A stretch of 64,000 bases of DNA, taken from the NCBI GenBank assembly GCA_965263035.1, contig OZ253580.1:4960001-5024000 (forward strand), in the 5' to 3' direction. The position numbers and the translations under genes are program-made. A model generated the notes under the pieces. That model ran no database searches. It saw only the letters and a list, made by a program, of their open reading frames with translations, and was not told the DNA's origin. Positions 50,538-59,320 of the stretch are shown here, one piece after another; the stretch's first letter is position 1; each line of letters opens with the position of its first letter. This DNA comes from Acidobacteriota bacterium (GTDB lineage Bacteria; Acidobacteriota; UBA6911; RPQK01; JAJDTT01).

Positions 50538-52187
50538 GTTCTCATCCAGAAAGTCGGGTTTGGGGGGATTGGGTAGCCCGAGGAAGGCCGGAGAAACTGC
50601 AATAAACCGGCTCGATGGGGGCCGAAAGCAGGAAATTCAAGTCCGTTGAGAGCCGATCCCGGATTTTGAAGACACGAGTCCCTGACGGGGCATCGGCAAT
50701 GGATTCAAGCTGCGCTTACAGCAGCAGGCGGGCCAGCACCAGCAGGTTGAAGCTGACGATCGAGAGGTACACATATTGCTGGAAGTGGGGCCAGCCCTTC
50801 CAGGTGCAGCGTCCGAGTCCGAACACTCGCTTGAGCCACGAGATGCACCCTTCGATGCCGGCCCGGAAGCGTCGCAGTTGCCGGTAGACCCAACTGGAGC
50901 GCACCATCTCAGGGACCTTCAGTCCGCGTTTCTTGGCAAAGGCGACATCCTGGACGCCTTGCTTTTTGGCCCACTCCAGATTGGAGCGGCTGGCAAAGCA
51001 TCCGTCACAACTGACCTGTCGAGGCCAACGGCCGTACAGATCATACTGGCGCCGCATCCAGGGCTGGAACTGACCGGCATCGTTAGGGTTCCCCCGCACC
51101 ACCTCAGCATCCAGCATCAGGCCGGAGACGCCGCCGGTCAGAAACAGCTTGTGCCCAAAGACCGTTTCCCGGCGCTTCTTTTTGATGATGTCGGTGTGCT
51201 CCTCAAACAAGGAGAGGACTTTCTCGGCGGCCGGAACCGTCTCTCCCCGCAGCACACGCCGCTCGGTCTGGTCGATGATCTTCTTCGTCAAATCCAAGTA
51301 ATGGCGCAGTTGACCGGCGATGACCAGACTGGGCAGGTCGGTGAACCGATCCGCTTGCCGCAGCGCCCTCTCGGCGTCATGAGCGGTCTTGCGAGCGACC
51401 TTCAACAGATCCCGATAGGCTCGCAGACGACGCTTGCCCCGGTGGTTGGCGATGTTCGCAACAGCGTCGCTTGGCCCGGCGCCGGTGATCCGAAAAGACG
51501 ATCTTGTGAGGTCGGGCCAAGCGGCGCAGCCAGCGGGTGAGGACTCGAACCGAGTCGGACAACATCTGGGAATCCCGCGGATAGGGGATGGGGCTTTCCA
51601 CGGCCGTGGCATCGGCTCGGATCTTCCGTCCCCGTTCCAGTCCCTGGCCCTCCGCCCATTGCACCAGGAGCCGGTTGATCTGCTGCCAGGTTCCGGCTTG
51701 AATCCGGCTGATGTTGTCCTGGAGGCAGGAGGCACTGGGGGTCCATTGCCAAGGGAGTCGAGCGAAGCGACGAAAGCTCTGAGAGTCGCTCCAGAGGAAC
51801 GCCAACTTGGTGTAGGGCAGCTGATGCCAGTTCTTGAGGATGGCCGCGCGCAGGACCTGCTCTGCGGAGAGACCCGGAGCCCCCTGGCCTGAACCGGCGG
51901 TGTCACACAGATCGTGTAGAACCAGACCCAGGATCGAGGGGTTGTCATCCAAGATCTTGGAAACAGCTTTCAATTCCTGGGCGAGTCGGTGACCGGGCCA
52001 GAGCCCGGAGAGCGGAAGCTGGTTTTCCCGTTTTCGACGCATTGTTCAAGCCCCCGGTTTTGTGTAAGTCATTTGGTTGCTTTTATTTAGCACCAATAGA
52101 CTACCAAACGACTATGACAGAATCGGGGCTTGAAAATGCCTCCTTAGTCCTTATTTCCCAATAACTTACGGCTTTCCGGATGAGAAC
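50538..52187 (-). mobile_element. IS element (ISNCY/IS5-like DDE), 1650 bp
   Basis: Inverted repeats GTTCTCATCCAGAAAG / CTTTCCGGATGAGAAC; 6-bp TSD TAGCTA at 50532-50537 and 52188-52193. Confidence 0.92.
50716..52042 (-). pseudogene. Frameshifted DDE transposase
   Basis: N-terminal half (MRRKRENQ...RADATAVESPIPYPRDS) and C-terminal half (EKVLSLFEEHTDII, FGHK, DGCF, FRAGIEGCIS.LKR) are in different frames, switching near 51460. Confidence 0.85.
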
Positions 52188-52403
52188 TAGCTACACTACG
52201 CTTTGGCGGGAGACGGAAACGACTCCCGCGTTTGAGAAAATGGGATTGTCAGAGGAGTCCAAGCAGAGATTGCGTGACCAGAGGTTAGTGCATGAGATGG
52301 GAGTCCGGTCTGTGTCCGCGTGGATTCGAGGCTGGGTACGCGCTCAGCAGAAATAACGCACCGAGATCCGCGAGGATCCGCCTCGCGAAGATAGTGAGAT
52401 CCT

Positions 52404-52769
52404 TCAGAGGAACGAGGTCAGGTCTTGCCCCAACTTTCGGGCCAGTGCTTCGGCATCGTCAAAAGGCCAGAGAAGTTTCTGGTCTCCATCCCGGTCGCGT
52501 TTCTCATGCAGAACCCAGCCGCGACTTTCCAAGTCCAGGCCGGGAGGTACCATGACATGAACACCCTGCGTCTTGCGGACAAACATCTTGACCAGTTTTG
52601 CTGATTCCGATTTCGTGATGAGAGGGTAAAAAGGAGCAGGAACGTCCATGCTCACTCTCGCCTTGATGGGAGTGATCCAGACTCCCCTGCACCTTGGTGG
52701 CAGTTCTGCCCGGACAATCTTCATCAGTTCCTCCAGTTGACTGAGCACGTTGTTCCAGTCCAGTTTCAT
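52404..52769 (-). CDS. Hypothetical protein
   Basis: AAGGAGG RBS before ATG 52769; 121 aa. Confidence 0.6.
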   Translation of the reverse strand: MKLDWNNVLSQLEELMKIVRAELPPRCRGVWITPIKARVSMDVPAPFYPLITKSESAKLVKMFVRKTQGVHVMVPPGLDLESRGWVLHEKRDRDGDQKLLWPFDDAEALARKLGQDLTSFL

Positions 52770-52849
52770 GGGGCCTCCTTACGGCTTATGATGGAGTGAA
52801 TCCGCCCGGCTCGTGATGCCTCCAGAGCCGGTGGGTCCGAGTCGCCACA

Positions 52850-53428
52850 ATGACGCTCAGCCGGGAGCCGAACTCAGGAGGGCATCATCATCTCGGTGGT
52901 CCTCCCGGCAGCATATCGCCGGCAAGGTTCCAGCTTCAAGGACCGTGGCCTCAGAACATAGAGGTGATGTACACCGCTCCGGACGCCTCGGGACTGGTCG
53001 AGCAGCTTGCCACGTTCGATTCAGGCACTGTGGATTACGATTACAACAACGTCATGATCCAAGGTCTGGTCGAATTGACCGGGAATGCTCATATCAAGAT
53101 CATTCACAATGACCCATACCATCCGAAGGTCCACTACGGAACTCCGGCTATGCTGCAAGGCATCAGGGAGCTGGCCAAGGCTTTCTTCAACACGTACAAC
53201 AAGAAGGTCGAGGTCAACGACATGAGCCTCCCAAGAGGTGGGCTGTTCGACTACAACGGCAACTGGGTGCCACCGCATCAAACGCACCGCACCGGCATAA
53301 ATGCGGACATCCAAACTCGCAACGTGAGCGAGACGGAGAGGGCGTATCTCAAGGCGAAAGGAGAGGAGCTTGGATTCAGGATGCTCCACGAAGATGATCC
53401 GCCTCATTTTCACGTCACCCTTTTGTGA
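52850..53428 (+). CDS. MepA-like (LAS-type) murein endopeptidase domain protein, possibly 5'-truncated
   Basis: YGTP, NDMSLPRGG, HQTHRTGINAD (Hx6D) and terminal HFH zinc ligands. Confidence 0.75.
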   Translation: MTLSREPNSGGHHHLGGPPGSISPARFQLQGPWPQNIEVMYTAPDASGLVEQLATFDSGTVDYDYNNVMIQGLVELTGNAHIKIIHNDPYHPKVHYGTPAMLQGIRELAKAFFNTYNKKVEVNDMSLPRGGLFDYNGNWVPPHQTHRTGINADIQTRNVSETERAYLKAKGEELGFRMLHEDDPPHFHVTLL

Positions 53429-53457
53429 CTGAGAGCTGAACCGTAGGATGTGAGACT

Positions 53458-53946
53458 ATGAAACTGCTGCCGCTGTTGACACTATTACTGCTGCCGGTGC
53501 ACCAAGATGACGTCGTGCTCCTGTCACCAATGGAGTTCGAACACGCGCCCTTGGAAGTTCGCGAACAACTCACCGAAATGGGCTGCTCCATACCCCAAGT
53601 CTCCGATTTGTATGAGGAGAGAGAACACAACATCATCTCCGGTCAGTTCGCTACACCAGAGCAAACAGACTGGGCCGCGATCTGTTACAAAGACGGAAAA
53701 TCGGCAGTTGTCGTGTTGTGGGGCGGCCCGGTGAATTGCAGGTCGTGGATAAATGCTCCACGGAAAGGCTTCTGGATAGTGTTCGATCGCGTACTCTATA
53801 AATACCCGGCTTCGCGTAAGAGTCGGTATGGAGATGTTCCTGTAGTGCGAACACATGATGCAGTAAACTACGCTATCTGGGGGAGAGGAGCGATTGCTTA
53901 CTACTGCCACGAAGGAGAGTGGCTGGAGTTCATTACGTCGGACTAG
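53458..53946 (+). CDS. Exported hypothetical protein
   Basis: Signal peptide MKLLPLLTLLLLPVH; four Cys; AGGA upstream. Confidence 0.7.
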   Translation: MKLLPLLTLLLLPVHQDDVVLLSPMEFEHAPLEVREQLTEMGCSIPQVSDLYEEREHNIISGQFATPEQTDWAAICYKDGKSAVVVLWGGPVNCRSWINAPRKGFWIVFDRVLYKYPASRKSRYGDVPVVRTHDAVNYAIWGRGAIAYYCHEGEWLEFITSD

Positions 53947-53969
53947 CAACCAGCAGCAAGCAACACAAG

Positions 53970-54000
53970 AAAGGGTCGGCAGAAATGCCGGCCCTTTTTT
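53970..54000 (+). terminator. Intrinsic terminator
   Basis: AAAGGGTCGGC-AGAAAT-GCCGGCCCTTTTTT directly after the 52850-53946 gene pair. Confidence 0.8.
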
Positions 54001-54242
54001 GTCTGCGTAAAACCCATAAACTCAAGGGTTTACGAGCAGGAATATGTCATGGTCCGCTGTCCGCTCGTCCCCCGTTCCGCTGCACGGTTGCATCCCCTGT
54101 CCGCTGAAACGCTGGTCGGCTATGAAAACCACCCAGTCCTCCATCAACTGCCGGCCGCGCCTCCCTTGACCGCTTAGGGGGCGTCCGTGCATTCGGCCGC
54201 CCAGTCACCCTGATCCAGGTACCCAACCGGAGGCTTTTCAGC

Positions 54243-54470
54243 GTGGCCGCCGCAGCCCAGTATCTGGGCAAGGCCATCGGCACGATTCGCAAATTGGCCG
54301 TTCTGAACGTCATCCAAGCCAGAGCCGAACTGGACACTGCCGGGCGCCGCCGCCGCGTCTTCGCACTGGAGGTCTTGAACGCCTACATCGATTCCCTGGA
54401 GCCGTGGTACGATTCGCCCCACGGCGAAGAACCCGGATCCAGAAAGGAGGAGATGCATGGGCATCTATAA
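54243..54470 (+). CDS. Excisionase-like helix-turn-helix protein (true start probably further upstream)
   Basis: Frame is open upstream: RRLFSVAAAAQYLGKAIGTIRKL...RRVF..LNAYID; overlaps the integrase start. Confidence 0.7.
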   Translation: MAAAAQYLGKAIGTIRKLAVLNVIQARAELDTAGRRRRVFALEVLNAYIDSLEPWYDSPHGEEPGSRKEEMHGHL

Positions 54471-55542
54471 GGTGAAGGATCGCCGGGGGAGGAGACGATA
54501 CGTCGTCAGCAAGTACTGGCCGAACGGATCCGGTCGGCTCCGAATGTACGCCCCCAACTACCGGAGCGCACAGGCGCTTCAAACACGAATCGAGTCCAGC
54601 ATCCTGGACGGCACCTGGAAGCGGCTCAAGCAGGAACTCGCCGGCGGGAAACGCACCATCTGGACGGTGCACAGCTTCTACAAGCGTTTTCTCGAGGAGT
54701 ATTGCAAACCTCGTATGCGCTCCTGGCGGAGCTATGAGGGTTCGTTCAAGAGCCTCAATGCCATGCTCGGGAACATTCCCCTGAAGGAGTTCCAACGCAA
54801 AGACCTGCACCGCTACGTCGCCCAGAGGAAGAAACAGGTCAAACCGGCCACGGTGAACCGTGCCATCGCCGCTATCAGCAAGCTGTTTTCCTACGCGCTG
54901 GAGTGCGGGGAAGTGGACACGCACCCGCTGGTGCGGTTTCCCAAACTGAAGGAGCCGAAGAAGGTCTTCCGGCCTTTGACGGTTCAACAGTTCCGCGACC
55001 TGGTCGAGGCGGTGGACAATCCGTACCTGCAAGCCATGATCGCGGTGATCGGCGAGACGGGGATTCGGAAAGGCGAGGCTTTGTCGCTCACCTGGAAACG
55101 GGTGGATTTGGGTCGCGGACTACTCTGGGTGGAACTCACCAAGAACGACGAGACGAGGGAGATTCCCCTGTCGAAGTACGCCACCGAATACCTGGCCGGG
55201 CTGGTTCGCTACCTGAACATCCCATACGTCTTCGTCAACAGCCGGACGGGGACGAGATGGGTGAATCCCGACAAGCCTCTGCGCCGGGCCGCCGAGAGGG
55301 TGGGGCTGAAGGTCGGATTTCACGATCTGAGGCGATTCCGCTGCAGCCACTGGTTGATGCAGGGTGTGGACGTGAGAACCGTCCAGAAGCTGATGGGTCA
55401 CTCGGCCATCAGCACGACGATGCGCTACGCGGGGTACGTCAGTTCGCATGCGCTTGCCAGCATTCGGGAGGCACAGGCTCACGAAGACTCACAAACGCAA
55501 CAGGCAACAAACAGGCAATGGGTAGGAAACAAGGGGCAATGA
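54457..55542 (+). CDS. Tyrosine recombinase / phage integrase
   Basis: AAGGAGG RBS; KPATVNR; catalytic residues in TGIRKGE, TKN, FHDLRR, LMGH, TMRY. Confidence 0.95.
   Translation: MGIYKVKDRRGRRRYVVSKYWPNGSGRLRMYAPNYRSAQALQTRIESSILDGTWKRLKQELAGGKRTIWTVHSFYKRFLEEYCKPRMRSWRSYEGSFKSLNAMLGNIPLKEFQRKDLHRYVAQRKKQVKPATVNRAIAAISKLFSYALECGEVDTHPLVRFPKLKEPKKVFRPLTVQQFRDLVEAVDNPYLQAMIAVIGETGIRKGEALSLTWKRVDLGRGLLWVELTKNDETREIPLSKYATEYLAGLVRYLNIPYVFVNSRTGTRWVNPDKPLRRAAERVGLKVGFHDLRRFRCSHWLMQGVDVRTVQKLMGHSAISTTMRYAGYVSSHALASIREAQAHEDSQTQQATNRQWVGNKGQ
55499..55517 (+). promoter_or_regulatory. Putative integrase arm-type site pair (right)
   Basis: Identical to 49481-49499; an IHF-like site (TAACCTGTTGAAA, 55562-55574) lies between it and the core. 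Confidence 0.7.
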
Positions 55543-55614
55543 TTAGAGGGAATAATTGGGATAACCTGTTGAAACAAAAGGGCTGATCCCCTGTATTATC
55601 TAGACAGAGCAACG

Positions 55615-55692
55615 GATTTCCAATCGCCCATTCCTTCCCCGGTGGGCTCATGGACGCGATTTCGGAGTTCGGCGGTTGGAAACCGCCGCTCC
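55615..55692. repeat. Right att core plus remainder of a REP doublet (REPIN/BIME-like)
   Basis: GATTTCCAATC-GCCC, then an inverted partner at 55670-55692 reading GGAGCGGCGGTTTCCAACCGCCG on the minus strand, with the same GGAG foot and TTTCCAA apex. Confidence 0.8.
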
Positions 55693-56961
55693 TCAGGCGG
55701 CGATTCTTTCCGAATGGGCGTCCGATCCGGGACCGGTATCCGGCTCCCGGAAGACTCGCCAGAACACAAGGGCACACAGGGCCGTAATGACCGCGGGGAC
55801 GGCGAAGACGACATCGTAACGAGTCGTTTCGCCCACCGTAGCCACTTCCTTGAGCCAGCCCGAGAACAGGCTCCCGAGAAAGAGGCCGATGCCCAGGACC
55901 GCCACGTTGATCAGCGACTGGGCCGAAGCGCGGATGTCGGCCGGCGCCACCATGTCCGTGTAGATGAACGCCACCACAAAGAAGAAGACGTAGCAGAATC
56001 CGTGCAGGCTCAGTGAGCCCACGACGACCCAGACCAGCACCGGAGCGCTCTCGTACAGCGGCCAGGCGGCCGCGAAGATGACATACCGGACGGGCCAGGC
56101 CAGGATGCCCACCAGCATGGAGACTCGCACGCCCCAGCGGGAGAGGGCGTAGGGGAGGATCAGAGCCATGGTGAAGATCTCGGCGATCTGTCCGATGGTC
56201 ATCCAGGCAGGCAAATTCTCGGAGGTGATGCCCACCGCGGGACCGATGGTCTGAAGGTAGGGGAAGGTGAGGATGTAGTAGAGCTGGAGCTCGGTGGCCA
56301 CGACGAAGGCAATGATGAAAAAGCTGAGGTAGTTCCGGTCCTTGAGCAGCGCGAACGACTTTCGGAAGGCCAGGGGGTCCGGAGCCTCCCGAGAGGGAGG
56401 CGTGTGGGGAAGCGCCAGAGAGAAGAGGCCCAGGATCAGGGAAAAACCGGCCGCCAGGACGAAGGTGTCGATATAGCCGGCCGCCTCGGTGTCGAACAGG
56501 ACCCGCATCCCGGTCAGAGCCCAGTTGGCGCCGATCCAACCCAATGTGCCCCAGACTCGGATGGGACCGAAGTCCCGCTGTCCGTCGGCCAGATGCTGAA
56601 AGGCCAGTGCATTGGTCAGGGCCAGGGTGGGTGCGAAGACCAGACAGTACAGGAGCATCATGATCAACATGGCGCTCAGGGTCTCGGTGTAGGCCATCCA
56701 AAGCAGAAATCCCGCGCCCAGCAGATGAAAGATGGACAACGCCACCTGGGTAGGAAGCCAGCGGTCCGCCACCTGCCCTCCGGTGAACGGAGCCACCAGG
56801 TTGGCCAAGGGAAAGGCGGCGTAGATCAGTCCCAGACCCCATCCCGAGAACCCCAGTTGCACTTCCAGATACCCGGCCAGAGCCGGAGCCCAAGCCCCCC
56901 AGATGGCGTACTGCAGGAACATCATCAGGCCGAGCCGGGGATGGCTGAACATCCTTCTCAT
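55693..56961 (-). CDS. MFS nucleoside:H+ symporter family (NupG/XapB-like)
   Basis: LMMFLQYAIWGAW, GQVADRW, FGPIRVWGTLGWI, LPHTPP, IGQIAE, LHGFCYVFFFV, IRASAQ. Confidence 0.9.
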   Translation of the reverse strand: MRRMFSHPRLGLMMFLQYAIWGAWAPALAGYLEVQLGFSGWGLGLIYAAFPLANLVAPFTGGQVADRWLPTQVALSIFHLLGAGFLLWMAYTETLSAMLIMMLLYCLVFAPTLALTNALAFQHLADGQRDFGPIRVWGTLGWIGANWALTGMRVLFDTEAAGYIDTFVLAAGFSLILGLFSLALPHTPPSREAPDPLAFRKSFALLKDRNYLSFFIIAFVVATELQLYYILTFPYLQTIGPAVGITSENLPAWMTIGQIAEIFTMALILPYALSRWGVRVSMLVGILAWPVRYVIFAAAWPLYESAPVLVWVVVGSLSLHGFCYVFFFVVAFIYTDMVAPADIRASAQSLINVAVLGIGLFLGSLFSGWLKEVATVGETTRYDVVFAVPAVITALCALVFWRVFREPDTGPGSDAHSERIAA

Positions 56962-57006
56962 TGATCCCTCTCCTTCTTCCGAGTCAGTCGATCAGATCAT
57001 TGACGG

Positions 57007-58170
57007 TCAGGGCAGGGACCCCACCTCGACGGTCAGGCTCCTGGGTTGGTCATCGCGACGTTCCCGGATGTGGAGTTCGGCGCCATCGTATTCCGCGGAC
57101 TCCACCCCCTGGAAATCGCCGGGGATCCGCGCCAGAAAAAGGATGTAGCTCCTGGTGTCCGTTTCCCCCGCATCCAGGTACTCGTAGACTCCTCTGTCCA
57201 GCACTTTGCCCAGTTGGAGCAGGGTTGGGAACGGTTGGTGGATCCCCGTGGTCCCGAACTCGAGCCCGCGAGCGCTCACTTTTCCCTGGTGCCGGTAACG
57301 CCACATGTTCAGCCACGGGTACTCGGAGATCTTCCAGAGATACCCCACCAGAAGGCCGGCGGAAGGCGTCGCGGCCGTCACCCAGCCGTACTCGACTCCG
57401 GGGTCGAAGATGAAGGCGGTGACATCGTGGCCCGAGGCGCCGTCTTCGGTGCCGCGGAAGAAACGAAGGTTCGCCGGCGTCCCCCCGATGGAGATCCGGG
57501 GCCAGCGGTCGGCGTCCTCCACCGATTCCGGTACCGGTTCTTCCTGGACCAGTCCATGGGAGGCGTTGCAGTCCACGATGGTGGTGTCGTCCAGGAAAGG
57601 AGGGGCGATGCTGGGATGTTGCACCAGGTTGTAGACTCGTCCCGCCGCCCGGATGTTGGTGACCTCTTCGGTCACCGTGAGGGACGCCTCCTTTTCCTGG
57701 AGCCGGACGGTTCGCTTCACTTCCATACCCGCCAGGGGAAGGGTGCATCCCATGCGGAGCCCATGGCCTGCGGGTTCATCGGCGGAAGGGTCGAGCCGTT
57801 CCCAGACCACTCGCGGGGCCTCTCCGTGGTAGGGCATCCCCATCTTCTCCTCGGCTGGAGATGGGGCGCCCCAGCGATCGAAGCAGACGAAATGCCCCTG
57901 CAGGTTCGGTCCGTCCGAATTCAACGGTTCGATGTCCTCCGTGGCTCGCCAGCTCAGCGGATTGACCGGGTGGTCCAGGAAGTGGATGTCGATGATGCCG
58001 CCGCCCCAGCGGTCCAGCGCGACCTGGGAAAGTCCATTCTTCAGGACCAACAACCGGGGTGCGGGCGCCGGCTCTTCCGGGGGAGGCGTGCAACTGGACA
58101 GTCCGGCCAGAATCACCAAGACCAGTCCCAGCCATAGAGGGTCGAGAAATTCCAGTGTCTTCAAGATCAT
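57007..58170 (-). CDS. Lipoprotein-like hypothetical, possible galactose-mutarotase/aldose-epimerase fold
   Basis: LSSC lipobox-like; GHFVCFD, HGEA, QHPSI, YPWLNMW, RGLEFG pattern. Confidence 0.55.
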   Translation of the reverse strand: MILKTLEFLDPLWLGLVLVILAGLSSCTPPPEEPAPAPRLLVLKNGLSQVALDRWGGGIIDIHFLDHPVNPLSWRATEDIEPLNSDGPNLQGHFVCFDRWGAPSPAEEKMGMPYHGEAPRVVWERLDPSADEPAGHGLRMGCTLPLAGMEVKRTVRLQEKEASLTVTEEVTNIRAAGRVYNLVQHPSIAPPFLDDTTIVDCNASHGLVQEEPVPESVEDADRWPRISIGGTPANLRFFRGTEDGASGHDVTAFIFDPGVEYGWVTAATPSAGLLVGYLWKISEYPWLNMWRYRHQGKVSARGLEFGTTGIHQPFPTLLQLGKVLDRGVYEYLDAGETDTRSYILFLARIPGDFQGVESAEYDGAELHIRERRDDQPRSLTVEVGSLP

Positions 58171-58252
58171 GGTCGTGCTCTCCTGGCAGCAGCCTGCGGC
58201 CGATATCGCCGCCGAACTCGGCCGGCGCTGCATCCCGGCCGGATACGGGACA

Positions 58253-58277
58253 GGATGGCGACAAGGGCCACCCCTAT
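58253..58277 (-). repeat. Degenerate GTAG-type REP-like hairpin
   Basis: Minus strand ATAGGGGTGGCCCTTGTCGCCATCC, overlapping the kinase stop codon. Confidence 0.35.
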
Positions 58278-59320
58278 AAAGTTTGCCCCTCGTTCTGTTC
58301 CTTCCAAAGCACCAGCCGCCGGGACAGTTGACGGCGCGTCGCCGTGCCGGTCACGGACAGTTGCCGGATCGTGACCGAAGCCGCCAGATTGCCCACCAGG
58401 GCAGCTTCAGGGAGGCTCGCGCCGCTGCACAGCGCCAACACCGCGCCGGCGGTGAAGCTGTCGCCCGCGCCGGTCACGTCCAGCGGTCCTTCGACCTGGA
58501 CGGCCGGCACCCGCGCTATCTCCGGGTCGGTCACCAGGGCTCCCGCATCACCCAAGGTCACGCAGATGGGGGCGCCGGCCCTTCTCCGGAACCGGGGCAG
58601 GATCCGCCGGATGGATTCGACGGGGACCTTCTCTCCGGGTCCGGGGCTGGCGCACCGGATCGCCTCGAACTGATTCGGCTTCAGGATCATCCGGCGGAAG
58701 CGGTGGATCTGGGCCCGGCTGTCGGCCCAGAAGACGACCCGAGGGTGACGATGGGCCAGATCCGCCAAGCCGTCGCGGACCCTTTCGGTCACGACGCCCA
58801 ACTCCGGTTCTTCCACCTGATCCTCGATGATGACCGCGTCGACGCGATCCAGCAAACCTTCCAGATCAGCCAACATCTCCTGCAGGAGATCCGGGGAGGT
58901 GGGGGCTCGGTTCCGGATGTCATAGCGCTCGTGTTCTCCGGAAAGACCCGTCCGGGACGAGTCCCTCGGCTTCAGGTAGGTGGGAGTCAGGTATGCCTTC
59001 CGGCGCCGCAATCCCCGGGTCGTGCAACCGATACGGTCCAGACATTGTCTCAACTCGAATCCGTGGCCGTCATCTCCCGTGATTCCCAGCGCGTGGATCC
59101 GGTCGCAGCCCAGCGACGCCAGGTTGTTCACCGCCGTTCCGGCGGCGCCGGGACTGGAGCGTACGGCGGCAACTTGGTGGGCTCTCTTTCCCGTCTCCAG
59201 ACTTCGCTCCTCCAAGGCCGGGTCGACGTCCAGATACTGGTCCAGAAAGAAATCCCCCAAGACGGCGACCCGACAGGAGGGGAACCGGTCCGTCAGTTCT
59301 GCCAGCCTCGAACTCCTCAT
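58274..59320 (-). CDS. PfkB/HldE(RfaE)-like carbohydrate kinase
   Basis: VAVLGDFFLDQY, PGAAGTAVNNL, KPNQFE, VTLGDAG, DVTGAGDSF; start ATG 59320 is coupled to the upstream stop. Confidence 0.88.
   Translation of the reverse strand: MRSSRLAELTDRFPSCRVAVLGDFFLDQYLDVDPALEERSLETGKRAHQVAAVRSSPGAAGTAVNNLASLGCDRIHALGITGDDGHGFELRQCLDRIGCTTRGLRRRKAYLTPTYLKPRDSSRTGLSGEHERYDIRNRAPTSPDLLQEMLADLEGLLDRVDAVIIEDQVEEPELGVVTERVRDGLADLAHRHPRVVFWADSRAQIHRFRRMILKPNQFEAIRCASPGPGEKVPVESIRRILPRFRRRAGAPICVTLGDAGALVTDPEIARVPAVQVEGPLDVTGAGDSFTAGAVLALCSGASLPEAALVGNLAASVTIRQLSVTGTATRRQLSRRLVLWKEQNEGQTL

Larger units (their letters stand above)
50137..52356 (+). pseudogene. Hypothetical gene (187 aa when restored) interrupted by the IS
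   Basis: Removing the IS and one TAGCTA gives ...EEWANSYTTLWRETETTPAFEKMG...WVRAQQK* in one frame (564 nt). Confidence 0.75.
49364..55625. mobile_element. Tyrosine-integrase genomic island (~6.3 kb including a 1.65-kb IS)
   Basis: 11-bp direct repeat at both ends; identical 19-bp AACAGGCAACAAACAGGCA about 100 bp inside each end; xis-like gene and integrase next to the right end; lower GC. Confidence 0.88.

Noticed and set aside
55580-55660. Intact tRNA gene at the island end
   Set aside because: Only a D/anticodon-like fragment is present; no T-arm (GGTTCGAATCC) or acceptor stem follows.
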